A stretch of DNA of 63,935 nucleotides, filler included, from Candidatus Zapsychrus exili (GTDB lineage: Bacteria; Omnitrophota; Gorgyraeia; Zapsychrales; Zapsychraceae), in the NCBI GenBank assembly GCA_030765585.1. It is 5 parts of 5 records of this genome, joined end to end, with 100 filler letters (N's around TTAATTAATTAA, not from the genome) between each part and the next. Parts side by side here need not be neighbours in the genome. Positions count along the whole stretch, not along the records: positions 14,344 to 25,141 come from JAVCCJ010000068.1; positions 25,242 to 54,380 come from JAVCCJ010000097.1; 3 more parts are not named here. One strand, given 5' to 3'. Position 1 is the first letter of the stretch; every line of letters begins with the position of its first letter. The position numbers were made by a program, and so were the translations under genes. This document shows, one piece after another, positions 19,156-29,871 of this stretch. The notes under the pieces are model-generated. The model saw nothing but the letters and a program-made list of their open reading frames with translations, ran no database searches and was not told where the DNA came from.

Positions 19156-22100
19156 TTATTTCCTCTAAACTTAACTTATCTAAATACAATAAATACCCCT
19201 TCACTTCTTGCTTTGGATAAATATCTTTTAAGATATCCATATATGTTTTAACTTGGTTTACATATTCTTTTGAATCACTTGGCTCTGAAAGCTTATAATC
19301 CAAAATCGTTATAGTATCGCGACTAACAATCAATCTATCAATACGCTTTGTAAAACCATTCTTATCGACGATATCTTTCTCATTAAAAGCTTCTGCATCA
19401 TCCAAATAGAAAAACTTTTTTAAAGTTGCATCTTTTAAAATATCCTCAACTTTTGATTTTATTTGTTCTATATCAACTTTTTTACCAAATCTAAAAGCTA
19501 AATCTTCAAATAATAAATCCAAGTTTTTGCTTACATCTTCTTTGTTTAAGTCCCCTATAAGTGATAGCGCAAAATGAAGAGCCTCTCCTTTTATGCGTTT
19601 ATCTCTATTTCTTAATTGATCAATACAGACAAACTCTTCTTTTAAGAAATGTATCCAATCGCAATGCTCTGACGCAGGAATATTAACAAGCGAGACATCT
19701 TTCTTTTCTTTTGTTTCTGCTTTGTCTTTCTTTCCCATTTCATAAGCACTCTCTGGAATCAAGAATTTAAGCAAATTGAAACTATTGCCCACCTTCTTAG
19801 GAATGAAGGCATACAGCTCTTCTTTACTCCTAGTTGTTGCGACATAAATATTATTTAATTCTGATAAAAAAGCTTTTAAATACTGCTCTTTATAAATTTG
19901 ATAAAGCTCATCAGAGAATTTATAATATTTTTCTTTTAATTTGATAAGACTAATAGAAGAACCATCATTTCTTAAAACATAAGACTGCTTATTATCCGAT
20001 GAGTTAGACCCAACTTGCACATCTATACCTAAAAATGGCAATATAACTACGCCAAATTCAAGGCCTTTGGCCTTATGAACCGTTAATACTTTGATAGCGT
20101 CCTTACCCTTTACATTGACATACAAGCTATCGCCTTCTAAGTTATCAAAATAATCAATAAATGAAAGTATGTCTGAATACTGCTCTTCTTGTGCCTTTAT
20201 TAAATTTAAAAAGTGCATCAAAAATCCTTGGTACTCTGAGAAATTATTTAAAACTTTAAACTTTCCTAAAATACTTGCAACCATCTCATACAAAGGATAA
20301 AGCCCAACATTCTTAAAAAACTCCTCAAGATAATTCTTCCAAATATCAGGATAAGCATCTCTAAACTCCATATAAACATACAAATCTTTTTCACTTTCTA
20401 TTTTCTGACGTAAACTAAATACAAACTTATGCATTTCCTCTTTTGCGACACCTGTGCCGACAGAAAATATATCTCCTAAAATAAAATTAACAAAAGAAAT
20501 ATTATCAATCGGAGAGTCTAAAAACTTTAAAAAAGAAATCAATTCTTCTATTAAGTGGCTATCTCTTACATTTGATGTTCTTTCAGACTCAACTGGTATA
20601 TTCTCCCCTAGGAGCCAATTTGTCACAGATTCCACCTGAGAATTATTTCGCGTCAAAACAGCTATATCAGAATAAGAAAATCGTTTCTTCAAATCAGCAA
20701 CCAAAGAAATGATCTTATCGCGAGTCACCTCATCTCTTTCTTCTTTCTTATCTATATCTACGTACTCTACTTTCACATAACCATCGCCACCTCGCTTAAC
20801 TTCTTGCTGCGCGCTACCAAAAATATTCTCAACCTCTACAAAATCTGATTCTTCAAAAATAACTCTGGTGGCTTTCTTTTTCTTATTTTCATAATCTTGT
20901 TTTAAAGAAACAAAAGACTTTAAATTTTCTATCGAGAAAATAGAATTATTAAACTCAACAACCGCTTTCTTACTTCTATAATTGTCCGTCAAACGCTCTA
21001 AACCTACGTTAAACTGATTGAAATCTTGCTTTATTTTGTCAAAAAGCTCAACATCTCCTCCTCTAAATCCATATATTGCCTGCTTCTTATCCCCGACGTA
21101 GAAAAGCGTTCCGCCAGTAGATAGTGCCTCTTCTATCATTTCTTTTAAATTGTCCCACTGCAAAGCAGATGTATCTTGAAACTCGTCTATCAAATAATGA
21201 CGAAACCGTGTTGCAAGTCTATAGTAAAGTTCTGCAACGGTTATATGGCCCTCACCAAAAAGAAGCTCACATTTTTTATTTAACTCTTCTAAAAACAATA
21301 CATCTTCAGAACAAGATAATTCCTTAAATATATCTTTTACCTGATCAAATATACCAACATAAAGATTAAACAAAGATTGTGACTCGCCAACGCACAACTC
21401 TTTTAAATTTTTGTGTATAGAGCTCCAAAGAGTCTCAACCTCTTTTGATATCTCTGTTTTAGCTTTTGCGGGAAAGACTTCTCTTGCGAAATAATTTGAT
21501 ACGCTATCTATATCAAAACTTTTCTTTGTATTACTTAAAAACTTATTTAAACTTTTTGTAAATCGGGCATCAGTTTCTTTTGGCAAAATAATTGCAAGAT
21601 CATTTATCTTTTTTAATATTTTTATTTTCTTCTTTATCAAATCGCCAGACTCAAATTTACCTTTCTTAAAATCATGTCCATAAGTATTATTCTGCCTAAA
21701 AAGATCATGAACAATACTTAACATATCGTCTTTTGGAAACCATCCTGAGCGATTTTCTAAATACAAATAATTGTGTAAAAACTCTTCGAAGATTTGCGCT
21801 ATATCTTTGTCTGTGTGTGCGTAATCAATTAGCTTGTCTAAACTATAATGAAACTGCTGTGCAGAATTAGTCCTTATCTTAAAATTCGCAGTTAAACCCA
21901 CCTTAAAAGCACAGCCTGACAAAAGAGCATTTATAAATTTGTCAATCGTTTGCACTCCAAAGAAATTATAATGATGTATCAAGTCTTCCATTATTATAAG
22001 CGCTCGCTCTTTTGCCTCTTGCTTATTTATTCCTATGGAAGACAATATCTCTCGCTCGTCTGTCGCAGACAACTTTCCTAATGCAATTAGCTTTAAGAAC

Positions 22101-22309
22101 TCTAAGATGCGACCCTTCATTTCAAAGGCAGCTTTATTAGTAAAAGTAATGGCCAATATATTTCTAATTGGTATATGTTCAGATTGAATGTTTGGATTAA
22201 ATAAAAGCTGCAGATATCTCTTTGCAAGTGCATAGGTTTTGCCTGAACCGGCAGACGCCTCAACAACACGAACTTCGGGAGACTTAAATATAGTTTTATT
22301 TTTTGTCAT
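19148..22309 (-). CDS. addA: AddA-like UvrD helicase with C-terminal PD-(D/E)XK nuclease
   Basis: ASAGSGKT, AITFTNKAA, IDEFQDT, VGDKKQAIYGFRG, TVHKAKGLEF, YVATTR and RIDRL...LDYK motifs. Confidence 0.88.
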   Translation of the reverse strand: MTKNKTIFKSPEVRVVEASAGSGKTYALAKRYLQLLFNPNIQSEHIPIRNILAITFTNKAAFEMKGRILEFLKLIALGKLSATDEREILSSIGINKQEAKERALIIMEDLIHHYNFFGVQTIDKFINALLSGCAFKVGLTANFKIRTNSAQQFHYSLDKLIDYAHTDKDIAQIFEEFLHNYLYLENRSGWFPKDDMLSIVHDLFRQNNTYGHDFKKGKFESGDLIKKKIKILKKINDLAIILPKETDARFTKSLNKFLSNTKKSFDIDSVSNYFAREVFPAKAKTEISKEVETLWSSIHKNLKELCVGESQSLFNLYVGIFDQVKDIFKELSCSEDVLFLEELNKKCELLFGEGHITVAELYYRLATRFRHYLIDEFQDTSALQWDNLKEMIEEALSTGGTLFYVGDKKQAIYGFRGGDVELFDKIKQDFNQFNVGLERLTDNYRSKKAVVEFNNSIFSIENLKSFVSLKQDYENKKKKATRVIFEESDFVEVENIFGSAQQEVKRGGDGYVKVEYVDIDKKEERDEVTRDKIISLVADLKKRFSYSDIAVLTRNNSQVESVTNWLLGENIPVESERTSNVRDSHLIEELISFLKFLDSPIDNISFVNFILGDIFSVGTGVAKEEMHKFVFSLRQKIESEKDLYVYMEFRDAYPDIWKNYLEEFFKNVGLYPLYEMVASILGKFKVLNNFSEYQGFLMHFLNLIKAQEEQYSDILSFIDYFDNLEGDSLYVNVKGKDAIKVLTVHKAKGLEFGVVILPFLGIDVQVGSNSSDNKQSYVLRNDGSSISLIKLKEKYYKFSDELYQIYKEQYLKAFLSELNNIYVATTRSKEELYAFIPKKVGNSFNLLKFLIPESAYEMGKKDKAETKEKKDVSLVNIPASEHCDWIHFLKEEFVCIDQLRNRDKRIKGEALHFALSLIGDLNKEDVSKNLDLLFEDLAFRFGKKVDIEQIKSKVEDILKDATLKKFFYLDDAEAFNEKDIVDKNGFTKRIDRLIVSRDTITILDYKLSEPSDSKEYVNQVKTYMDILKDIYPKQEVKGYLLYLDKLSLEEING

Positions 22310-22332
22310 CTATTAATTGGTAGGATTATTAT

Positions 22333-22365
22333 GTCAGGTATTAAATTATAACTTAATACCTGACA
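22333..22365. terminator. Inverted repeat downstream of mscS (possible terminator hairpin)
   Basis: GTCAGGTATTAA-ATTATAAC-TTAATACCTGAC. Confidence 0.5.
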
Positions 22366-22382
22366 CTTAAAACTTGACACTT

Positions 22383-23438
22383 TTATTCGTCTTTGTTCAC
22401 ATATAACGTCTGCGTCGGATAAGCAAACTCAATATCACGCTTTTCAAATTCTTCTTTTATTCTAAAATTAATATCCTGTTGAATATCCATATACTTATTA
22501 TAGTCACTCGACGCTACATAATAAACAGTCTCATATACAAGACTAAAATCAGCAAATGATAAAAAATGAGATCTATCAAATGTCGCTTCTTTAATTTCTT
22601 CTATAATGCTTTTTATTATCTCTGGTATCTCTTTTACTCTTTTAGATGAAGTGTCATATGTAACTCCTAGTTTAAATACAACTCTCCTTTTTTCCATTCT
22701 CTTATAATTACGAACTCTTGAGCTTGTTAAATCACTATTAGAGAAGATAAGTTGCTCTCCACTAAGAGAAGATATTCTTGTCGTCTTTATTCCTATATTC
22801 TCAACTACTCCCAAATAATCTCCGACAATAATAAAATCACCAACCTCAAATGGTCTATCAAAAAGAATTGAAAAATAACTAAACAAATCACCTAAAACTG
22901 CTTGAGCAGCAAGAGCAACTGCGACACCACCAATACCTAGACCAGCTATTACAGCAGAAATCTTAAAACCTAAATTATCTAAAAAGAAAACGACAGCTAG
23001 AGCCCAAACAATAAAATTAAGAATACGCAAAAGTCCACTCAAAGACCTCTCTACTTCAATATCTTTGCCTCTTTTTCTCCAATAAACCTTAAATCCATAA
23101 CCAATAAAGGCAGTAATAAATCTTGCAACCAATAAAGTTAACACCCCTATAGACAATATATTTACTGATTTTTTAGCAAAATCAGTAAGATTTAAAGTAT
23201 TTATACTAGCAAAAGCAACTCCAACATATGCCAAAGGAACAAAAACTTTTCTTATAAGCTCAACAAGAAAATCATCAATACTTGTATGCGTCTTTTCTGA
23301 CCAAGTCTTTAGACGAGATAAAATAATGTTCTGGAATATTCTGATAACAATAAGAAAGATAGAGAAAAATGCAAGACAAAACAAATAACTCTTAATACTA
23401 TTACCTAGGAAAATCTGGTTAATAAATTCATTTGCCAT
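22383..23438 (-). CDS. mscS: Small-conductance mechanosensitive channel (MscS family)
   Basis: AGLGIGGVAVALAAQ, DRPFEVGDFI, IGIKTTRI and FAYPTQT motifs. Confidence 0.92.
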   Translation of the reverse strand: MANEFINQIFLGNSIKSYLFCLAFFSIFLIVIRIFQNIILSRLKTWSEKTHTSIDDFLVELIRKVFVPLAYVGVAFASINTLNLTDFAKKSVNILSIGVLTLLVARFITAFIGYGFKVYWRKRGKDIEVERSLSGLLRILNFIVWALAVVFFLDNLGFKISAVIAGLGIGGVAVALAAQAVLGDLFSYFSILFDRPFEVGDFIIVGDYLGVVENIGIKTTRISSLSGEQLIFSNSDLTSSRVRNYKRMEKRRVVFKLGVTYDTSSKRVKEIPEIIKSIIEEIKEATFDRSHFLSFADFSLVYETVYYVASSDYNKYMDIQQDINFRIKEEFEKRDIEFAYPTQTLYVNKDE

Positions 23439-23534
23439 ATTAATTGCCCCCTGTTTATTATTTAATCTTAAAAATATTACAATTTATATAATTATTGATA
23501 TACTAATAGAAAGTATTAAGCTTGTAAAGGGCAA

Positions 23535-23577
23535 AGGTGCTAAGCACCTAAAAGAAATCTACAAGTGCCAGGCACCT
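23535..23577. repeat. Two short GGTGC..GCACC palindromes in the divergent intergenic region
   Basis: AGGTGCTAAGCACCT and AAGTGCCAGGCACCT; same family as the element inside tgt. Confidence 0.6.
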
Positions 23578-23596
23578 ACACAGGGAGAGCAACATT

Positions 23597-25042
23597 ATGA
23601 TAGAACAATTAAAAGCACATAAGAAAATTCTAATTATCATTAGTATATTAATAGTCGTAAGCCTACTCGCTACGATTCTTTTCTCTGGTGGCATAAGACC
23701 AAAGAAATACATAGGAGAAATGTTTGGCAAGGAAATTTCATCTCAGGAATTCGAAAACACCTACCTTCATGTAAAAGTTCAATCTATGCTTAAATATGGC
23801 AAGTTATTTGATGAATTCGAAGCCCTTATTGATTTAGAACAAGACGCATGGGATCAGTTAATGCTGCTACATGAGGCAAAAAAACGAAAAATAAAGATTC
23901 AAGATAGCGCGGTCATAAACGAAATAGCCAAATATGATATCTTTTTTAGAAATAAAAAATTCGATAAAAACATTTATAAAAACATCATAAACCGCTCCTT
24001 TAGCTGCAAGCGTCGTGACTTTGAAGAAACAATAAGAGAATCTTTAACTGTTGCTAAACTATATGACCAGGCAACCTCTTATGTAGACGTAGAAGACACT
24101 GAAATACTAAAAAAATATAAAAAAGAAACCGAAGAAATAAAAGCAAGATATATCTTGTTTCCCGAAGATAAACATAAAGAAAAGATACAAATATCCAAAG
24201 AGCAAATAAAAAACTACTACAACGAGAACAAACAAGGTTTTTCAAAACCTCCGTCTATCAATGTTCAATATATAACACTCAACTTCCCTGATGAAGGCGG
24301 CGTGCAAAAAGAAGTTGAAACAAAATACAAAGCTAAAGCGATTTATGATGCACATAAGGAATCTAGTGATTTAAAAACTGCAGCTGAGAAAATCGGTTTT
24401 ACACTACAAGAAACAGGATACTTTAGTAAAATGGACCCTAATTTTGACCCTAAATGGTCTTTTAAACTTATGCTAGAAACCTTTAAAATGGAAGCTAAAG
24501 AGATAAAAGAGCCTATAGAGCTAGAAAAAGGCTATCTAATTATAAAAATCAAGGATAAAAAAGACTCTTACATACCTGAAATCGAAGAGATAGCTACGAA
24601 CATACAAGATATCCTCATATCAAAAGAAGCAAGAACCCTTGCTAAAGAAGAGGCTAATCAATATTTAGAGAAGGTTATAAAAGCATTCGAGCCAAACGAA
24701 GATACTGCTGCGCTTAATATTATAAAACAAGAGCTAGGCCTAGAGATTAAAGAGGCTCCTTTTGTTTCTAAAGAACAGCTTAGCTTTACTCTTGATATAG
24801 ATGAAACTTCAGAAAAAGATTTTTTAAATTTAGATAAAGAAAATAACTCAGACATACTTGTAACTTCAAAAGGCGCTTGCTTAATTTATGTAGATGATTT
24901 TAAGCCAATTAGCATAGATGAATTTAATAGACAAAAAGAAGGCCTTAAGGTAGATATTAGAGAAAAGAAAAAAGAACAAGCCTTTGAAATTATTGTATCT
25001 ACGCTTAAAAATCAAGCCAAAACAAAGAAATACAACGACTAA
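23597..25042 (+). CDS. SurA N-terminal domain / PpiD-like membrane-anchored chaperone
   Basis: N-terminal TM segment, GKEIS, LLHEAKKRKI, ARYILF and parvulin-like TGYFSK region. Confidence 0.75.
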   Translation: MIEQLKAHKKILIIISILIVVSLLATILFSGGIRPKKYIGEMFGKEISSQEFENTYLHVKVQSMLKYGKLFDEFEALIDLEQDAWDQLMLLHEAKKRKIKIQDSAVINEIAKYDIFFRNKKFDKNIYKNIINRSFSCKRRDFEETIRESLTVAKLYDQATSYVDVEDTEILKKYKKETEEIKARYILFPEDKHKEKIQISKEQIKNYYNENKQGFSKPPSINVQYITLNFPDEGGVQKEVETKYKAKAIYDAHKESSDLKTAAEKIGFTLQETGYFSKMDPNFDPKWSFKLMLETFKMEAKEIKEPIELEKGYLIIKIKDKKDSYIPEIEEIATNIQDILISKEARTLAKEEANQYLEKVIKAFEPNEDTAALNIIKQELGLEIKEAPFVSKEQLSFTLDIDETSEKDFLNLDKENNSDILVTSKGACLIYVDDFKPISIDEFNRQKEGLKVDIREKKKEQAFEIIVSTLKNQAKTKKYND

Positions 25043-25141
25043 ACTAGCATTGATATGTTAATATCTTTATGTTATCCTTAAGAGTAAATACTGTAAAATT
25101 TACTAGTCTGTATATAACAATAACTAATCCGATATAAAAGG

Positions 25142-25241
25142 NNNNNNNNNNNNNNNNNNNNNNNNNNNNNNNNNNNNNNNNNNNNTTAATTAATTAANNN
25201 NNNNNNNNNNNNNNNNNNNNNNNNNNNNNNNNNNNNNNNNN
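25142..25241. other. Artificial contig linker
   Basis: Ns plus TTAATTAATTAA. Confidence 0.97.
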
Positions 25242-25483
25242 CGCAAAGACGCTACTTTACTTCACCTTTTTACTTCTTCCTTTAAATGTTCTTGTCATTG
25301 CGAGGAGCAAAGCGACGCGGCAATCCCCCTTGATGAGATTGCTTCGCCAAAAACGCTCGCAAAGACGCTACTTTACTTCACCTTTTTACTTCTTCCTTTA
25401 AATGTTCTTGTCATTGCGAGGAGCAAAGCGACGCGGCAATCCCCCTTGATGAGATTGCTTCGCCAAAAACGCTCGCAAAGACG
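25242..25483. repeat. 116-bp tandem repeat (2+ identical copies), each containing a GTCATTGCGAG...CTCGCAAAGAC palindromic element
   Basis: CGCAAAGACG recurs at 25242, 25358 and 25474; a further half-element at 25492-25538. Confidence 0.9.
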
Positions 25484-25539
25484 ACACAGATGAGATTGCT
25501 TCGTCGGCTTGGATTTTTGACCGCCTTCTCGCAAAGACG

Positions 25540-26343
25540 CTACCTTACTTTACCTTTTGCCTTTTTCCTTAAAACCGCTACCCTCTCTGTACCTACGTAA
25601 TCTTTTGTAAATTCACAACTTAAAAATTCTTGTTCTGCGATTTCTTTTATTGCCTCTGCCTGTCCGTCTCCAATTTCAAGTGCTAGAAATCCTTTGTCGC
25701 TCAAAAGTGCGGCTGCCGCAGGAATTATCTCGTGATAAAAATCAAGTCCATCTTCGCCTCCATCTAATGCTAGCATTGGCTCTTGTTTTACATCTTCTGG
25801 TAAGTTCTCTAAATCAGCTGTTGGCACGTAAGGCGGATTTGAAACAATAATGTCAAATTCCGCGCGCCTGTTTACCTTATCAATTAAAGTTCGCGTTAAA
25901 TCTTCGCAGATAAAATCTATTTTACCACCAACCTCATTGTACTTTGCATTGTATTTTGCAAGCTCGATTGCATCAATTGAAACATCAATACTTGTGACGT
26001 GGCAGTCTTTAATGTTCTTCGCAAGTGCAATTGCAATGTTTCCTGAACCTGTCCCTAAATCTAATATCTTTAGGTGACTGTCACAGTGACTGTCACCTAA
26101 AATTAAATCGACCAATATCTCTGTCTCCGGACGCGGAACGAGCACTCGTTTATCTACAAACAATTTAATATCTAAAAAATCAGCGAAACCAATAATGTAT
26201 TGTAGTGGTTCGTCTTTTGCGCGACGCTCTTTCATCTTTGTAAATTTAGACTTTTGAAAAGGACTAAGATTAACTTTCTTCGTAAACAAATCGACCCGCC
26301 TGCAATCTAAAATGGATGTCAGCATTAGCTCTTGTTCTTTCAT
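25540..26343 (-). CDS. prmC: Release factor glutamine methyltransferase
   Basis: [31 protein letters not shown] and ALDGGEDGL motifs; follows prfA. Confidence 0.95.
   Translation of the reverse strand: MKEQELMLTSILDCRRVDLFTKKVNLSPFQKSKFTKMKERRAKDEPLQYIIGFADFLDIKLFVDKRVLVPRPETEILVDLILGDSHCDSHLKILDLGTGSGNIAIALAKNIKDCHVTSIDVSIDAIELAKYNAKYNEVGGKIDFICEDLTRTLIDKVNRRAEFDIIVSNPPYVPTADLENLPEDVKQEPMLALDGGEDGLDFYHEIIPAAAALLSDKGFLALEIGDGQAEAIKEIAEQEFLSCEFTKDYVGTERVAVLRKKAKGKVR
26070..26100. repeat. In-frame near-palindrome inside prmC
   Basis: TTAGGTGACTGTCACAGTGACTGTCACCTAA encodes [10 protein letters not shown] just before motif I. Confidence 0.75.
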
Positions 26344-27398
26344 TCGTTGGCCGCCTCTTGATTTGCCCTAATAAGCGCATCAGTTAACTCATCTAAGTCA
26401 CCATCTAAAACAGGTTGAAATTTGTGAGTTGTAAATCCTATTCTGTGATCTGTTATTCTTCTGTCTGGAAAATTGTAAGTACGAATCTTTTCACTTCTGT
26501 CGCCAGAGCCTACCTTTATCTTTCTTTCTTCTGATGCCTTGTCTGCACTCTCTTGACTGATTTTATCCATTAGCCTCGCACGCAAAACACGCATTGCCTT
26601 TGCCTTGTTTTTCATTTGAGAACGTTCGTCCTGACAGATAACAACTAGACCACTTGCAATGTGAGTAATTCGTACTGCTGAATCTGTTGTATTTACGCTT
26701 TGTCCGCCTGGTCCTGATGAGCGAAAAATATCAATACGCAAATCTTCTGGACTAATTGAAACCTCAACTTCTTCAGGCTCAATTAAAACAGCAACCGTTG
26801 CAGCTGATGTGTGAATGCGACCAGATGCTTCTGTCGCAGGCACGCGCTGCACACGATGAGCTCCGCTTTCAAACCTTAAACGCTTTGATGCCTCGTGACC
26901 ACTAAGCCCAAAAATGACCTCTTTAAATCCTCCAGTACCTGATTCGTGACAGCTGATAAGATCTTGCTTCCATCCCTTTGCATCAGCGTATATTGTGTAC
27001 ATTCTGTAAAGGTCAGCTGCAAAAAGACTTGCCTCCTCACCGCCTGTACCTGCGCGAACCTCAAAGATAAGATCTTTGTCTTTCTCTTCGATCTTTGGAT
27101 TTAAAAGCTCATCTAAAACAACTAGAAGCTCTTCTTGTTGTTCTTTTAATTCCTTAAGCTCAGTCTTTGCCATTTCTTTAAAATCTTTTTCGTGGTCCTC
27201 GCCAAGCATTGTTTCAATTTCTTCTGCTTGTTCAGAGGCCTCTCTGTATTTAAAATAATTTGAAGCAATTGGCGTGATATCAGAATACTCTTTTGCAAGT
27301 TTTTGATACTGCGGCTGGTCAGCAATTATCTCTGCATCAGCAAGCTGACCTTCAAGCCTCATAAAACGCTCGTAGATTTTCTTACACTTTTCAATCAT
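26340..27398 (-). CDS. prfA: Peptide chain release factor 1
   Basis: RVPATE (PxT), [15 protein letters not shown] and RTYNFP motifs. Confidence 0.97.
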   Translation of the reverse strand: MIEKCKKIYERFMRLEGQLADAEIIADQPQYQKLAKEYSDITPIASNYFKYREASEQAEEIETMLGEDHEKDFKEMAKTELKELKEQQEELLVVLDELLNPKIEEKDKDLIFEVRAGTGGEEASLFAADLYRMYTIYADAKGWKQDLISCHESGTGGFKEVIFGLSGHEASKRLRFESGAHRVQRVPATEASGRIHTSAATVAVLIEPEEVEVSISPEDLRIDIFRSSGPGGQSVNTTDSAVRITHIASGLVVICQDERSQMKNKAKAMRVLRARLMDKISQESADKASEERKIKVGSGDRSEKIRTYNFPDRRITDHRIGFTTHKFQPVLDGDLDELTDALIRANQEAANE

Positions 27399-27443
27399 TT
27401 GTGATTCTCTTTTGTTGTTTGGCTTTTCAAATCTGTCGCTCCG

Positions 27444-27614
27444 ACTACCCTACTGTCGTTCCTCTACTGTCATCCCTGCTACCCTACTGTCATCCCTACT
27501 CTCTCCGCTGTCATCCCTGCGAGAAGGCAGGGATCTCCACTTTTAAAGAAGACTGTTTCTCAAATCCTTAAAAGATTCCGGTATTTTTGGCTCACGCCAA
27601 AAAACAAGAATGAC
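27444..27614. repeat. GTCATCCCTGC...GAATGAC palindromic element preceded by degenerate tandem copies of CTACTGTCATCCCT
   Basis: TGTCATCCCTGCGAGAAGGCAGGGATCTC at 27509; GATTCCGGT...AGAATGAC at 27574-27614, similar to 38113-38152. Confidence 0.75.
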
Positions 27615-27621
27615 AAAGACA

Positions 27622-27828
27622 TCACTTCTTCTTGTCGTATCTCTTCTTAAATCTCTCGATACGTCCTGCTGTATCAACAAACTTCTTGTCCCCTGTAAAG
27701 AACGGATGGCACTTTGAACAAATTTCAACGTGAACATTCTTTTTTGTTGATTTTGTCTGCAACATTGCGCCACAAGCGCAACCAATTGTTGTTGCTTCAT
27801 ATCTTGGATGAACATCACCTTTTTTCAT
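27622..27828 (-). CDS. rpmE: 50S ribosomal protein L31 (zinc-binding type)
   Basis: [18 protein letters not shown] and DTAGRIERF motifs. Confidence 0.97.
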   Translation of the reverse strand: MKKGDVHPRYEATTIGCACGAMLQTKSTKKNVHVEICSKCHPFFTGDKKFVDTAGRIERFKKRYDKKK

Positions 27829-27848
27829 TTTTACTTCTCCTGTTTGCC

Positions 27849-27920
27849 GTCATTGCGAGCGTTTTTGGCGAAGCAATCTCGTTTTTAGATTGCCACGTCG
27901 TTTTCGCTCCTCGCAAAGAC
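27849..27920. repeat. GTCATTGCGAG-family palindromic repeat
   Basis: GTCATTGCGAGCGTTTTTGGCGAAGCAATCTC...GATTGCCACGTCG...CTCGCAAAGAC; reverse orientation of the 25294 copy. Confidence 0.85.
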
Positions 27921-27930
27921 GTAATCTGTT

Positions 27931-29298
27931 TTATTGTTGATTTAAATTATCTAAAAATTCCTTATTTGTTTTAGTCTTACTAATTCTGTCAATCAAAAGC
28001 TCCATCGCCTCGGCAGAGTTAAGATCGTTGACTACTTTTCTTAGAAGCCAAATTCTCTGAAGATCATCATTTTCAATAAGCTTCTCTTCGTGCCTTGTGT
28101 TAGATCTTTTAATATCAATTGCTGGATAAATCCTTCTTTGAAATAAGTTACGGTCTAACTGAAGTTCCATATTTCCAGTTCCCTTAAACTCTTCAAAGAT
28201 AACCTCATCCATTCTACTGCCGGTATCTACTAACGCTGTTGCAATTACTGTCAAACTTCCGCCTTCTTCAACAGCTCTTGCTGCACCAAAAAATCTTTTT
28301 GGTTTGTGAAGCGCGTTTGAATCAACACCACCACAAAGTATCTTTCCAGAATGTGGAACAACTGTATTGTAAGCGCGAGCTAAACGAGTAATGCTGTCTA
28401 GCAGGATGTAAACATCGCGTCCGTGTTCAACTAAGCGTTTTGCTTTTTCTAAAACAATCTCAGCGATTTGAACGTGGCGTTCTGCTGGCTCATCAAATGT
28501 AGATGAAATAACCTCACCTTTAACGCTTCTTTGCATATCGGTAACCTCTTCAGGTCGCTCGTCTATCAGCAAAACCATAAGTATACCATCAGGATTATTT
28601 TGTACAATGGAATTTGCTATCTTCTGTAAAAGTACTGTTTTTCCACTGTAAGGCTGAGCAACGATTAAAGCCCTCTGGCCTTTTCCAAGAGGAGTCAACA
28701 TGTCCATTATCCTCATTGATATTTCTTCTGGTACTGTTTCAAGGACAACTCTGTCTTTTGGATAAAGAGGTGTTAAGTTGTCGAAAAATATTTTCTCTTT
28801 GCATTTCTCCGGGTTCTCAAAGTTAACTGCTTCAACCTTAAGTAATGCAAAATATTTTTCACCCTCTTTTGGAGGTCTGATGTGTCCGCTTACCGTATCT
28901 CCAGTTTTTAAATCAAACCTTCTTATTTGTGAAGGCGATACATAAATATCGTCTGGACACGGTAAATAATTGTAATTTACGCTGCGCAAAAATCCAAATC
29001 CTTCAGGGAGTATTTCTAGCGTTCCTTCCCCGAACATTAATCCGGCTTTCTGGGCTTGCGCCTCTAAGACCTTAAAAATGAGGTCTTGTTTTCGAATGCC
29101 ACTGATACCTTGAATTTCCATCTCTTTGGCAAACTTGGTAAGCTCAGTCATTTTCATGTCTTTAAGCTTAGTAATATCCATCTGATTTTCAGTAGGGATA
29201 TTATCTCTTCTTGATTCTGGCCTTGGCCGATTGTGTCCTGTTGACATTTTTCTTTCTGGATTCGTTCTGTCTACTTTTGCTGGGATAGGTCTTCCCAT
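27931..29298 (-). CDS. rho: Transcription termination factor Rho
   Basis: [29 protein letters not shown] and FEEFKGTGN motifs. Confidence 0.97.
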   Translation of the reverse strand: MGRPIPAKVDRTNPERKMSTGHNRPRPESRRDNIPTENQMDITKLKDMKMTELTKFAKEMEIQGISGIRKQDLIFKVLEAQAQKAGLMFGEGTLEILPEGFGFLRSVNYNYLPCPDDIYVSPSQIRRFDLKTGDTVSGHIRPPKEGEKYFALLKVEAVNFENPEKCKEKIFFDNLTPLYPKDRVVLETVPEEISMRIMDMLTPLGKGQRALIVAQPYSGKTVLLQKIANSIVQNNPDGILMVLLIDERPEEVTDMQRSVKGEVISSTFDEPAERHVQIAEIVLEKAKRLVEHGRDVYILLDSITRLARAYNTVVPHSGKILCGGVDSNALHKPKRFFGAARAVEEGGSLTVIATALVDTGSRMDEVIFEEFKGTGNMELQLDRNLFQRRIYPAIDIKRSNTRHEEKLIENDDLQRIWLLRKVVNDLNSAEAMELLIDRISKTKTNKEFLDNLNQQ

Positions 29299-29870
29299 AT
29301 CATCACCACCTGTTTTCTTGTTTTATTTAAACTACTGTTATTATCTATTATAAAATTCGCAAGACTAATCTTCTTTTTTAAAGGCATCTGCGATCTAACT
29401 CTACGAAGGGCTTCTGATTTAGTTATCTTTAAATTCTTTGAAGCTCTTCTAATTTGTTTTTCTTGTGTTGATTTAACAACTACTATTTTTTCTACTTCGT
29501 TTTCTAATCCAATCTCGAATAAAAGTGCTACATCTACAACAATTGCTTTAACTCTTTTATTCTTTTTAAGTTCACTTATTTGCTTAACTATTTCTTACTT
29601 TAAAGCTGGATGTACTGCTGCATTAAGTTTGGCTAGCTTCTTAGCATCCTTAAAAACTATTTCAGCAATTTTTCTTCTGTCAGTATCATTACCGCTTAAG
29701 ACGCTTTTTCCAAAAAGACTGACAACCTTTTTAAAACAAGTGCCATCTTTTGCAATAAATTTGTGAGCAATCTTGTCTGCGTCAATGATACGAGCACCAA
29801 GGGCTTTAAACATCAAGGCAACGCCTGATTTACCTACTCCTAAACCACCTGTTAATCCTATTGTAAACAT
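29271..29870 (-). pseudogene. coaE: Dephospho-CoA kinase interrupted by one in-frame TAA (29595-29597)
   Basis: GLTGGLGVGKS, IDAD and VHP motifs, then *EIVKQ...VVDVALLFE...RVRSQMPL...ANFIIDNNSSL...QQK* to TAG 29271 in the same frame (199 codons). Confidence 0.88.
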
Positions 29871-29871
29871 C

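Noticed and set aside
25242..25483. Possible CRISPR array
   Set aside because: Units are 116 bp and identical throughout, with no unique spacers and no cas genes.
27543..27818. 91-aa ORF overlapping rpmE
   Set aside because: Alternative-frame shadow of a clear L31 gene, running into repeat DNA.
14047..29597. Stop-codon reassignment suggested by two in-frame stops
   Set aside because: One is TAG and one is TAA, and both codons terminate many intact genes here. An intact RF1 is present.
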